NCBI GenBank assembly: GCA_965655095.1 | Contig: OZ296653.1 | Location: 3,348,001 to 3,412,000 of the forward strand | From: Haplodiscus bocki | Lineage: Eukaryota | Direction: 5' to 3' | Length of the DNA: 64,000 nt | In this document: positions 13,341 to 23,946 of the stretch, in pieces | Layout: each line of letters starts with the position of its first letter | How positions within the stretch are numbered: the first letter of the stretch is position 1 | Program-made: the position numbers and the translations under genes | The notes under the pieces: generated by a model | The model's database searches: none | What the model saw: only the letters and a program-made list of their open reading frames with translations | What the model was told of the DNA's origin: nothing

Positions 13341-13617
13341 AATATCATCAATTCGTCATTTTTCAGACTCATTGACCCAATACGAACCCATTGACAGTTC
13401 AACTTTTACCAGAGTGAACTTTATTCAATCGCCTGGACTCATTGCTGAGGAATTTTGGATGACGTGGTGTTAAATAAAGCAGCCATTACTTTGATATACA
13501 ACGTTCTGTAAAAAAATCTCGTCCGAATAAAACCGATATCTCCCTTTTATTTATTTCTAAGCGACGCGATCAACTAGCAAAGTTCGAACACCGATGGAGA
13601 AATCTCAACCTGCGACC

Positions 13618-14397
13618 TCACTTTCTCAAAACAGCTCTTGTTTGAAGCAAGGAAACCCTAGGAAGCTTGAATTCAATGAAACAAATATTACTTAATTTTT
13701 GTAGGGCCTTTTGAAAAGCCTGAATAAATTTCAGATACTTAATAAACACGCTTAAATGATGTTTATCGAAACCGATCAGTTTACAAATAAGTTCACCTAG
13801 TTTTGAGCCACTGTAAGCATCTTTTCCAGATATGGGGTTTCTGCAGAGCGGTGAATTTCGCTCATTTTCCTTGTACATCATGTTTTACTGCTTATCCCTC
13901 GAAAATTAAATTTCACTCCGCTGCCAAGTCAGTTCCCTCCTCGGCTTGTCTGCGAGAACTGGATATTTTTCCAGCAATGTCAATGGTCCCCTTCCCATCA
14001 CTTACCGCGACACATGCAAGGTATCGCATTGGTCGACTCTCATCACCATCGAGAGGAAGAGTCTTCAAAACTTCCTTCTTGAAAATTCGTACTTCATTAA
14101 TTGGTGCCAGGGTTTGCTGAAGTAATATCATTATCTTTTTGGGTTCCACCTCCGTGAGGTCCCATACGCAAAATTTGATGTAACTGTACTCTGGTACTTA
14201 ATTCTCGGAACCATTTCTGTCAAAATATCCAGAGTTAAAGAGAATTTTACCAATAGTTTTAAACTTTGGCAGCTTCAAAACTCGGATAGAGTGTCAGGCT
14301 GAGCCAGACAGATCAAACAATGCTAAACGAAATTTTCTTAAGGACATGTCTTCGGATTGGCTTAGCATTCACCGTTGGCTCAAGAGAGTCAAATATG
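13618..14397 (-). pseudogene. 3' half of the B-box (TRIM-like) pseudogene interrupted by element 2
   Basis: The reading frame from 28572 (..GAFI) continues across the TSD as FDSLEPTVNAKPIRRHVLKK. Confidence 0.45.
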
Positions 14398-14510
14398 AGT
14401 AGTAAGGAAGGGGGGGGGGTTAAATGCAATTTTTGACTCCCCAGCCGAAGTCAAAGAGTTCAAAATACAAAATCAACCGAAACTGTGTTTTGTTGACTAA
14501 GTACACAGTA
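14398..14510 (+). repeat. Left terminal inverted repeat of element 2
   Basis: agtagtaaggaag(G)n ttaaatgcaatttttgactcccc..aagtcaaagagttcaaaatacaaaatcaacc..tgttgacta matches the reverse complement of 28450-28571. Confidence 0.9.
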
Positions 14511-15034
14511 AGTAAACCAACTGTCAAAATTCGTTGACAGTGTAGATTTTCTAAATCAAAATGTGAAAGTGGTTCTACAAAACATGAAATCCTCAAACTT
14601 TGGAGACTTTTCGCTTTCTAGAGTAGAAATAATGCACCGAACCCCCCTCCGAATCAGGAGTTAACAGTGCAAAACTCACCTTTCGAGGCATGAAGCAGCA
14701 ACATTGTAAAATAAATTTCACTAGAGTTTTTGATAATTGTCAAATTCAGTCCCAACTCGAGATGGAAAACCTAGGAAAAATGTTATCAGCAGTATGTAAT
14801 TCAAAGACATGACAGTTTGCTAGCACACCTGGCACACTCACGTCGTTCAGCTGATTGTAGCATTGCGTAAAGGATCGTGACTGTGCCAAGTCCGCTTTTC
14901 TTCCATGTTGACGGAAAATCCTAGTGACTGGACGCAAAATTCCTAACATTGAAGTGAGTTAGATAACGGAAACTCTGGGGCCGCTCATTTTCAGGCGAAT
15001 TCAACCCACAATCATTTGCTTTTGATTTTAACAG

Positions 15035-15890
15035 TTGAAACCAATGACTACTGTTTTCAGAGAAGTTCCTCCGAACTTTTGGTTGCTCCTATTTTATACC
15101 GATGAAAATACCACAGTTCAGAACCTTTTTGAAACCACGGGACAGACATTTCCTGACACAAGGCCTCCGAGTTTGTGCAATGCTCTTAAGATCTTAATGT
15201 GCTCACAGAACGCTTACTTTGTCAGCAGACAACATCAAGAGAACGATGTCAACTTTGGGCACCTAGACGGAATTTGCCAAACACTGCCCTCAAATCATCA
15301 TCATACTTTGCTATTTATTCCAGCTTGTGTCGACGCGGAAAAAGTTTTAAACGAGACAATTATCCATGTTCTATCTACAGCACAAAACGCTCATGTTAAA
15401 TTGATGACTGTTTCATATCCCGAAAACCTTCTCAAAGCAGAAACAGACAAATTAAACACAAGTGCCATTTCATTCAGAGGGGAAAAGATGCAATCCCTAT
15501 TGAAAAAGAAGACGACAGATGGAATTGGCTGCAACTTCAAGTGTACGTGGAAGTATGAGAAGCATAATCCATTGGGAACGTCTGGTGATACAGAGAAGGC
15601 ATTGTTTTTTTTTCAACGACTGGCTGAGCTTGAGAAGTCAGACGCGCCGTTCAAAGACACCGTAATATCCTTCATCGAACTTTTGCAAAAAGGAATAGGG
15701 CGACTTCACTTGTCTGAACACAGTCGTACCTTGGATATTGATTTGGGTGTAAGTAAAGCGCAATGCACGTGTTTTGAGTTTGTCAGTCAACCACTTCATC
15801 TTATCGGTTCGACAACCCAAGAAGCGAATAACTACAGTCCACAACTTTTTTCTGCTTATGGCGAGGGAACAATTATTGATACATCATTTC
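15035..15890 (+). CDS. Uncharacterised Polinton protein, middle exon (spliced to the PLA2-like exon)
   Basis: Uninterrupted 298-codon ORF beginning right after an acceptor (ttttgattttaacag) and with a gtaaga donor at 15891. Confidence 0.6.
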
Positions 15891-16067
15891 GTAAGAAGTT
15901 TTGCTGTGATAGAGGCGCTTGCTTCAATTGAACTTTTGGGAATAAGATTGTTTTCTTCGAAGGATATTTGCGAAAACTTTATGAAAATTACTTGATTTTC
16001 AAAAATTACTTTTTGATTACTTTTTGATTTTCAAAAATTACAACCTCTAAAAATGCTTTTCTTGCAG

Positions 16068-16384
16068 TCTGTCTCTACTTGGATGAAACAATAGACTTGC
16101 ATGAAGTTAATTCAAGAGCGCCATTCGGAGGGAAAGTAGGGGCAGGTGACAGTCTTCTCCATAAATACTTGAAGTTTTCAAAAATTGTAAGATTTCACGC
16201 AATTTTTCATGATGCCTTCGGCTACATGAGGAGCAACAAAAACGTCGAGCTTGTTTACGTATATACATTGACAACTGAAGAGTATTTCAGAAACAGCATG
16301 CTATTGGATCATGTTTCGGGTATTTTGTATTGGACGTTGCTGAAGTTTTTCGATTCCCAACGCTTCGATAACTTTCCTTTCTAG
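16068..16384 (+). CDS. Phospholipase A2-like domain exon
   Basis: GGKVGAGDS (Ca-loop-like) and HAIFHDAFGY (HD dyad), as in parvoviral/adintoviral PLA2; acceptor cttgcag at 16067. Confidence 0.55.
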
Positions 16385-16388
16385 CCAT

Positions 16389-16829
16389 TTGAAATTTTCT
16401 GACGTGAAAAATAGTCGGGTTTCTTCGGCACAGGCAACGCGTTCAAAAAACCTGTCAGCCTTTGCCATGAACGACGTGGAATTGACTCGTTCTAGTGGTT
16501 ATTACAGTGACATTTGCCTTAAAAAAGAGCAACAAGTGGTGGATGAACCCGACTTTACAAACATTTCTCAATGTAACATTAATCGATTGGTTTTTGACGA
16601 AAACAATCACGAGCGGCCACCGTTTAGTCTGAACTTTTGCTGCGGTGAAAATATAAAACTCGGTCGGTCGTTACTTGTAATTTTGATTCACCATTCAGTT
16701 ATTCTAATTCTTGTTATGTTTTGTATAACTTTTCTCACGCGTTGTGAGGCAGACAACAGATTTGCATCAGGAATATTAGCACTTTTGTCAGCCTGTTTGG
16801 GCCATATTCTACCGACACCAAAGCAATGA
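16389..16829 (+). CDS. Small Polinton membrane protein
   Basis: FCCG..two hydrophobic helices..LLSACLGHILPTPK; stop overlaps the ATPase ATG; real start probably the ATG near 16467. Confidence 0.65.
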   Translation: MKFSDVKNSRVSSAQATRSKNLSAFAMNDVELTRSSGYYSDICLKKEQQVVDEPDFTNISQCNINRLVFDENNHERPPFSLNFCCGENIKLGRSLLVILIHHSVILILVMFCITFLTRCEADNRFASGILALLSACLGHILPTPKQ

Positions 16830-17520
16830 TTAAGCGTATAAGCACTCAACCTCATTGCTTCATTTCTGTTGTGGGCCCTGCAGGATCGGGAAAAACCAGA
16901 CTAATTGGGCGTATGATTGTCAATCAAGAGAATATTTTCACCCAGCTTCGACAAAATCATCTACTTTTATAAACATCATCAGCAATATTACGGCATCATA
17001 TTGATGGACTGTCAGTCCAAACATGTTGATATTGAATTCATTAAAGGCTTAGAATGGAACTTTTTGCAAAAAGCTGAAGCGCAAAAGAAAAGAATTTTGT
17101 TGGTGTTGGATGATTTGTTCGATGAAGCTGCACAAAGGAAAGATTTCTTGGCACTAGTAGTTGCTGGGCGACATCGCAACGTCCATTTGATGGTTTTGCG
17201 ACACAATTTATTTCAACGGACCAAAAATTCAGAGACAATCGATTTGAACGTCACACATAATTCCTTCCAATAGCCCTAGAGATTCCGAACAGATGGGTGT
17301 TTTGGGTCGTCAACTGGGAGAGCGACACACCACATTGGAAGCCTATAAAAGAGCTACTCAGAAACCTTTCGGTCAGTCGATGATTGACCTCGACGTGAGA
17401 ATTAGTAAATCCTTGAGGTATTCTTCAAATTGTTCCTGTGACGTGCCGTCCATTTTCTACTGTTCAACAGATCAACTATTCTCACACCTAGACAATGAGT
17501 TTACAAAACTTTTATATAGT
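16826..17520 (+). pseudogene. A32-like packaging ATPase
   Basis: Walker A GPAGSGKT, Walker B LLVLDD, AGRHRN, HNLFQ, SPRD, KPFGQSMIDLD; two frameshifts. Confidence 0.92.
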
Positions 17521-17539
17521 TGGTTTGTATATCGATTTT

Positions 17540-18512
17540 CCTGTTACACTGAAGAGATGCTTCATCTTGAACTGCTCTGATGGAATAATCAATTTTTTTG
17601 TGATTGATCTTCAACGTTGTAAAATGAAATGTTAAATTAGAAAAAATGCGAACAAAAGTCTCTGTACTTTCAAGAGAAAAAAGCATAATAGAGGCTCTCT
17701 GTTCCAAAAAGAAAATTTCAATGAAACGTAAACGTCTTCTGCTGGCTTCTCGATGTTTACGTTTACTAAAAAAATTTCTGCCTTCAGTGTTATATCATTT
17801 GAAATCTTGCCATGACATCAAACGGTAGCGTCAAAGAATTTATTCTTATAACAAACGATGAGTACTGTTTTATGAAAAATCAAGCGCAAAACGAAAGTAA
17901 AACTATGGATTATCGCCAAAAACAAAAACAGCAAATTCTAGCTCAAGTACCTGCATCACAAGAGTATACACATTCTCTAGAAAAACAGAGTGAAGCTCTC
18001 ACGAGCCAGGCAATTGACAAGGAGCAAGCACTGATTGCTCAAATCAACTTGAATTCAAGGCTTCAAGATCAAAAAAGTCCAATATAGAGACATCCATCCC
18101 ACAAGAAAACAATGATCGCCCTGAGAACAATACACCAGACAAAGTTTTAGGCAGCCTACTTCAGTCTGGAATAGCCGGAGGCAAAATCGAACGGTCTCGG
18201 CAAATCTTAAAGTCAATCCGAAAAAACGAGCGTGTCAGCATTGATGAGAACAATCAAAACCTTTTTGTCGATCAACAAGAAACATCCATAAATTTAGTTG
18301 ATTTTCTAACCTCGCTCCAAGTGAACACCAAACAGTTGCCCAAGCAATTCCTCAATTTCGTCGAGATACTTGCCCTTCCACAATTTCTGTTGGCAAACAC
18401 TTACGCCAGACAGATGAGTTCCAGAATTCAGAATCGGTCGGTGCACGGAGAATTGCCCAGAAAACGTATCAAACTGGACACTGATCCTCCCAACAGTTGG
18501 CTCACAATCTGA
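17540..18512 (+). pseudogene. Two conserved Polinton genes of unknown function
   Basis: Basic KKISMKRKRLLL ORF followed by KEFILI...VSIDE..LFVD..FLTSLQVNTKQL..LLANTYA; conserved in elements 1 and 3. Confidence 0.6.
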
Positions 18513-18528
18513 GTTTAATTTTAGACAA

Positions 18529-19692
18529 ATGGCACCGAAGAAATGGTTCTGTGAATGCCGTCAAAAACGGCTGGGTAAAGGATCGGAAACTTGCCCTGCT
18601 TTGTGGTGCCACATGTGTGGCCGGGTTCACTTCACTTGTTCCGGTTTGAAAAGCAAATCCCACTACCACGACAACTTGTGTACAAAATGTTCGAAAAGTA
18701 GAGTTTTGATTGAAAATGATGATCCCTTTGCAGTTGCATATACTAAGATTCACAATGCCTACACAAACCCTGATAACTCAACGGCTTCTGGCAGTCGCGA
18801 AAAATTGCTCAGAGGTACTAAATGCTCATCCAAGCATGTTGATCGCTACTTGAATTCGAGTGAAACTTACACAAAGTTCAAACTTGCCAGAAAGCGATTT
18901 CTGAGACTTAAGGTTGTGAGTTTTCGGCTGAATGAGGTTTGGTCCATTGATTTGGCTGACATGCAACAACTGGCTACTCAAAATTCGGTAGTTGGTATCT
19001 CTTCGTGGCAGTGGATACACTGAGTCGGTTTCTATGGGTAATTGGTGTCAAATCAAAGACCTCGAAAGCTTGTACCGACGCGTTGAGAAAAATAATTGCA
19101 ACCAACAGGCAACGCGATGCTCCCAAAATTTGTTCATCCAAAAGTTGTCCCGAAAAATTTGGGCTGATCAAGGTAAAGAGTTTGCTGGCAACTTTTCACA
19201 ATTTTGCAAAGAGAACGACGTAGAAATTTACTACGCAGGAAGCGAGAAGTCTGCAGTGGCGGAGAGTTAGATTAGAACCCTGAAATCCATCATTTGTAGA
19301 TACCTACATGAGCATGACACTAATAGATACATTGATCAACTTGGGAAATTTCTTTCAATCATAAACAACAGAATCAATCGTATGACCAAGTTGGCTCCAA
19401 TAACAGTTTCTCAAAATGATGTTCCTTACTCAGTATCTCTCTGCAACACTGCCGCCACAGCGACGAAAGTTCAAAGTCGGCGACCGAGCTCTTATTCAAA
19501 GGAAAATTGAAACTTTTCATCGTGGTTACACGATACAATTCACTGAAGAACTTTTCACAATTTCACACAAACCTACAAAAAAATCCCTTAAAATATGTTG
19601 TCAAAGACGTGAACGACGAAATCATTCAAGGTAAATTCTATGAGCCTGAACTGGTCAAGTTTGTCTGTACCACATCAACAACAGCCAGCTAG
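18529..19692 (+). pseudogene. Integrase with N-terminal PHD finger
   Basis: C-x-C..CHMC..H..C..CTKC PHD; NEVWSIDLADM, AVDTLSRF, IWADQGKEFAG, KSAVAES, FKVGDR, GKFYEPEL; several frameshifts. Confidence 0.9.
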
Positions 19693-19745
19693 TTTTCCAC
19701 GAGTTTCAACAGTTTATCTGATCAAGAGCCAGAAGTCCTTCGAAA

Positions 19746-20790
19746 ATGATTTCCTCTTCTGAAGACATGGTCGGTCGTGGCGGTAATCATTTGACGCTGA
19801 ACTTGATTTCTAATGCATCCTTGGAAACGTTTCCCGGAAATAAGTTTTCAAGTTTTACAACACTCCTGCCAACACCCATGACTCTCTGGAGCTTGGCAGG
19901 TGGCTTTGCTGGAAATTTCGTGGCCGGCAATGGTTTGTAATGTAACTGAAGGTAAAATTACGGTTTCAAAAAGCGTTCCGAGCCCAGAGTCGTCAGTTCA
20001 TCCTATTAACCAGAATCTTCCGAGCCGACGACCAGGGATTGTCTCAATGAGAGTGCCGCGGCAGTTCAGAAAAGAACCAGCAATGAAATTTAGTACACCA
20101 GAAGTACGTTACATAAAGGCCGGTTGTTATTCATCATTGATGATATCATGGATGCAATCATGAAAAGTGCTTCTGGAAACAGCAAGGAAACTTTTATCGC
20201 CTAACATCCAGCAGAATAAAAACGCACCAAGTCATTCAACAGACATTTCTTGGAAGGTTGATAAAGCGACGCAGGAACTTCGCGTAAAGTTTTATGGTAA
20301 GGTGGAAAAACATGGTTTGGTGATCCAAGCAATCTCACAAGACTTGAAAATTTTTCTGGGATTAACCACAATCATTGACTGCCAAAACGCTGAGCAGCGA
20401 CAGAAGGCAAACAATAACGTTGATGGCAAGTTCCACGACGATCAACAAAATATTTCAGAGCTAATGGTTGTAGAAAACCTTGGACATTGGTCAGTTGACG
20501 TCAATGCTGGAAGTCACACAATGTTTTCATTCTACGACTTGGTTCAGATTGAAACATTGAGCGACACAAAAACTGCGTTGCTGCGATCCATTCCCCTCGA
20601 CAGCCTTTCTTCAACGCACCAATACAGAAGAGATGTGAACCGCAGGAGCTTTTCAAATTTGCAGTGTAAAAGAATTTACAAATCGCAATTCTAGTTAATC
20701 ACTCTGACTTTGGCCATCGAAATGGGTCACAGGATGCCTTTTCTGAGTTGTGGTCGAACAATCATTACTTTGGCAGGTAGGCCTAAACCA
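19746..20790 (+). pseudogene. Minor capsid (penton) protein
   Basis: LNLISNASLETFPGNKFSSFTTLLP, ALLEISWP, FYDLVQIETLSDTKTALLRSIP. Confidence 0.8.
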
Positions 20791-21024
20791 TATTGAACAG
20801 AAGTGCGTCGGCGGAAAGAGTAGCAACGAGGCTGAAACACTACCCTTACAAAAGTTGGATCCCACTTGATCGTCATTTAGAAAACAAAATCGCAACTCAA
20901 CAGTTGTTCCAGAAGGTTTCTTTACCAAACGCAAAGAAAATCACCAACATCACCACACCATCATCATCATCATCATCATCCCTGTATATCAATTCCTTCT
21001 GTGTTGCTCAATCTCAAGGTATAG

Positions 21025-21545
21025 ATGGATGCTCATTACGATTCCCATATAAAAAGCCATAATCAACCTACAGCTCAGCAAAACGCAACATTTTGCGGTC
21101 CCGCCCGACAAATGGAAGCAGGTGCGGGTGGTTTGGAATGCGATTGGGAAGAGTGGCCATTCCAGTTGTGCGAAATACATCCTTCCTGTTGCTAAACACA
21201 TTGGAAAAAATTTGCTGGAGACCGCTATACTTGAAATTGGCCAGGTGTTAGCCGGCAAAAAAGACCCAATAGCAAAATGCTGAAACTTGTTGCAGAAACC
21301 GCTCCAGAAAAAAGTCTCCGAAAATCCCCCCTCAGTGCTCTCGGGCAGAGCGCCGCGGCGGGTGGGCCCGCAGGTGTCGCCCAACCGCGGTCGAACGGTA
21401 CAAGTCGGAGACGCAACATTGTTGTCCACCAACAGAGACGCAACAGATGTCCACCATCATCTGGGCCATCTTTGTCCAAATCTTAGCCGATAATCAGTTC
21501 CAAAAGAAAACCCGCGAAGAGAAGTCGGTCGGATCTTCTGTCTGA
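21025..21545 (+). pseudogene. Basic virion core-like protein
   Basis: HFAVPPDKWKQVRVVWN.., AKYILPVAKHIGKNLLETAI; Arg-rich C-terminus; lies between minor and major capsid genes. Confidence 0.55.
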
Positions 21546-21641
21546 AATTCTGTTTGTTTAATTCAAGAACATTAAAAAAACAACACAGCAAGCATTCTGG
21601 CTTTAGTAAAAAATACCTCAGCAGCATTCTCTGGTAGCACG

Positions 21642-22950
21642 ATGGATATTGCGAGCCCGGTCACGCATAGTGCGTTGGACTTTTTTTGAGAAACAAAGCG
21701 TATTGATCAACAACGAAGGTTCATACGGTCAAGAGGTGTTTCCTCATTTAGGATGTAGAGGTCCCCAATTGGACTTTTCTATCATGGCAGAGGCATAAAA
21801 GTTGATTGACTTGAATCGTAGTCTTTTGAGTGTAAAAGTTAGAATCTATACAGAGGATGGCAAAACTCGCGCCAAAATCAATGAGAACCCCGTAGTTTTT
21901 TCAAATAACACGCTTCACACTTTGTTTTCTCAGGCTGAATTGTATTTGAACGGTAAGCTAATCTCACACAGCAATAACTGCTACTTACATTCGGCATTCA
22001 TCGAAACTGAACTGACGATCGACACAGAGGGGAAAGAAACCTGGGCCAAATGTCAGGGATATAATTATTTGGCACAAACAAAACAGAAGGATCAAGCGTT
22101 TAATAAAATTTACGCCGACTTTGATCGCAAAAAAGAATGCACCGCAGAGCTTTACGGTGCATTTTGACTTCTCGGAATGCGAAACACTTTTGATACGCGG
22201 AGTCACTCTTCATTTGCGTCTTTTCAGATCTCCTAACAATACACTGCTTTTATTGAAAGGAACAGATGATGACGCGAAAGCTCTCGATGGCAAAGTACAA
22301 TTAGTCATTGAGAAACCTTCTCTATTCGTCAGAAAAGCGGTGGTCACGGACAGCGTGAAATTGTCTTCTGGAAAAGCTTTCTTGAATAGTTGCGCCATTT
22401 GTCCCTATATTGAAAGCCTAAACAAAGCTTCATTATTCAAGCCGGTCAAAACTGTTTCATCAAAGGAAACGTTTTTGGAACGGAGCCCATCCGCAGAATA
22501 GCTTTGTGCATGTTGAAAAACTCCCTCTTTCGCAGTACACCCTTGAATCATTCACCCTTCTCATACCAAAAATTCGGCGTTCAGAGGGTTGAAATTCATC
22601 GCGGTAATGGAGTGCCACTAGCTGGGATGCGCCTGGACACGTAACAATGTCAGGCTTTACTATAATACAGTAACAGCTCTTGGGTTCACCAAAAGTGGGA
22701 ACGGAATAAGATTGGAAGATTTTGAAGAAAATCATTTTTTTCTTGGTTTTTGATTTGACCTCCACTGAAGAGGCTAGTAAACACTTGACATTGTTTCCCC
22801 GAGATCACGGGTGCAAGTTTAACCCTAAAACTGTACTTCTCTAGAGCCCTTGGCGACGCAATTGAATTATTTCTGATTGGCGAACGGTTCAGTCAAGTGT
22901 TCATCGATTCTGCGAGAAACATTTCCAAGAACACTCTGATTGATGGATAA
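21642..22950 (+). pseudogene. Major capsid protein (double jelly roll)
   Basis: MDIASPVTHSALDFF, IDLNRSLLSVK, VFSNNTLHTLFSQ, LHLRLFRSPN, FLVFDLTST, FLIGERFSQVFID. Confidence 0.88.
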
Positions 22951-23500
22951 CATCACACTCCGAAAGATCGCTACGAATGGTGCAACCACTTGGCACATCT
23001 TTGGAGGGGCGTGGTCAGCCAATAATTTTCCTAAATGCAAAAAACGCAATCAAGAAACTTTTGTCGAAAGAAAGCTTAAAAGAACATCAGACTTGTGGCA
23101 CCTATGCTGATTGATGAAGTTCCAAATTATAAACTCCTCACCCTCAACTTAATGTGGTGAGCATTGGCTTTTACTGTGGGCAGTCGACGTTGGGAAAAGA
23201 ATTGGAACTTTGTGTGGGATTGTCTCGGCCGGTCTTTGTCCTACTATGGCCATTTTCATAGTCGACTGTTGAACCTATACGGAGCACTGGCGGCAGTTTA
23301 AGTAATCAATTGCCATTACAAAAGCTTCGTTTTAACCTGTGTGGTCTTTATTGTTTGAATCTAGTACATTTTTGGCCAAAAAACCCTTCAACATCTACAG
23401 ACTTAATCGAAATCATTTGTTAATGCAAACCACTGAAATTGATGTACGTTTCTTTAATGAAAATGTCAAAAATTTAGCGTTTGGATATAAAAATTGCTAA
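22943..23500 (+). pseudogene. Adenain-like cysteine protease
   Basis: GAWSANNFP, GEHWLLL (His), WDCLG (Asp), LQKLRFNLCGLYC (Gln/Cys). Confidence 0.85.
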
Positions 23501-23946
23501 TACTTGCAAAGTTTTAGAGAATTTAGTGTTTTTGTGAAGACTGTGTTTTGAGCACGACTAGGCAAGTTAGCGAGTTTTAGGGATAGTCTTCAATGCCACT
23601 ATTTTCTCTAGCATAAGGTCGTTTCCTGTTTTTTTATTGCCCTGACTTTTGCTGCTCGTCCCGTCTGCGAAACGTTCTTCGTTGGCTTCCCAGTCAATGA
23701 ACGGAAATGAAATGCTGGGACTAGCAACATCAGAATCATCGTCGCCCAAACATGACAATTGATCCCAGTCAATAACATCGCATAACTGATCATCTGATTG
23801 GAGAGACTGGTTGTAACCAGGATCAGGGTAGGCTAAAACACGTTTCACAACCCACAAATCTGGAGCTTTCTAAGATTGAAAAGTTTTGCGGGCAGCAAAA
23901 AAACTCTAGTACGGCGGAACTCTCCGAACAGGAAATTGTTACTGAA

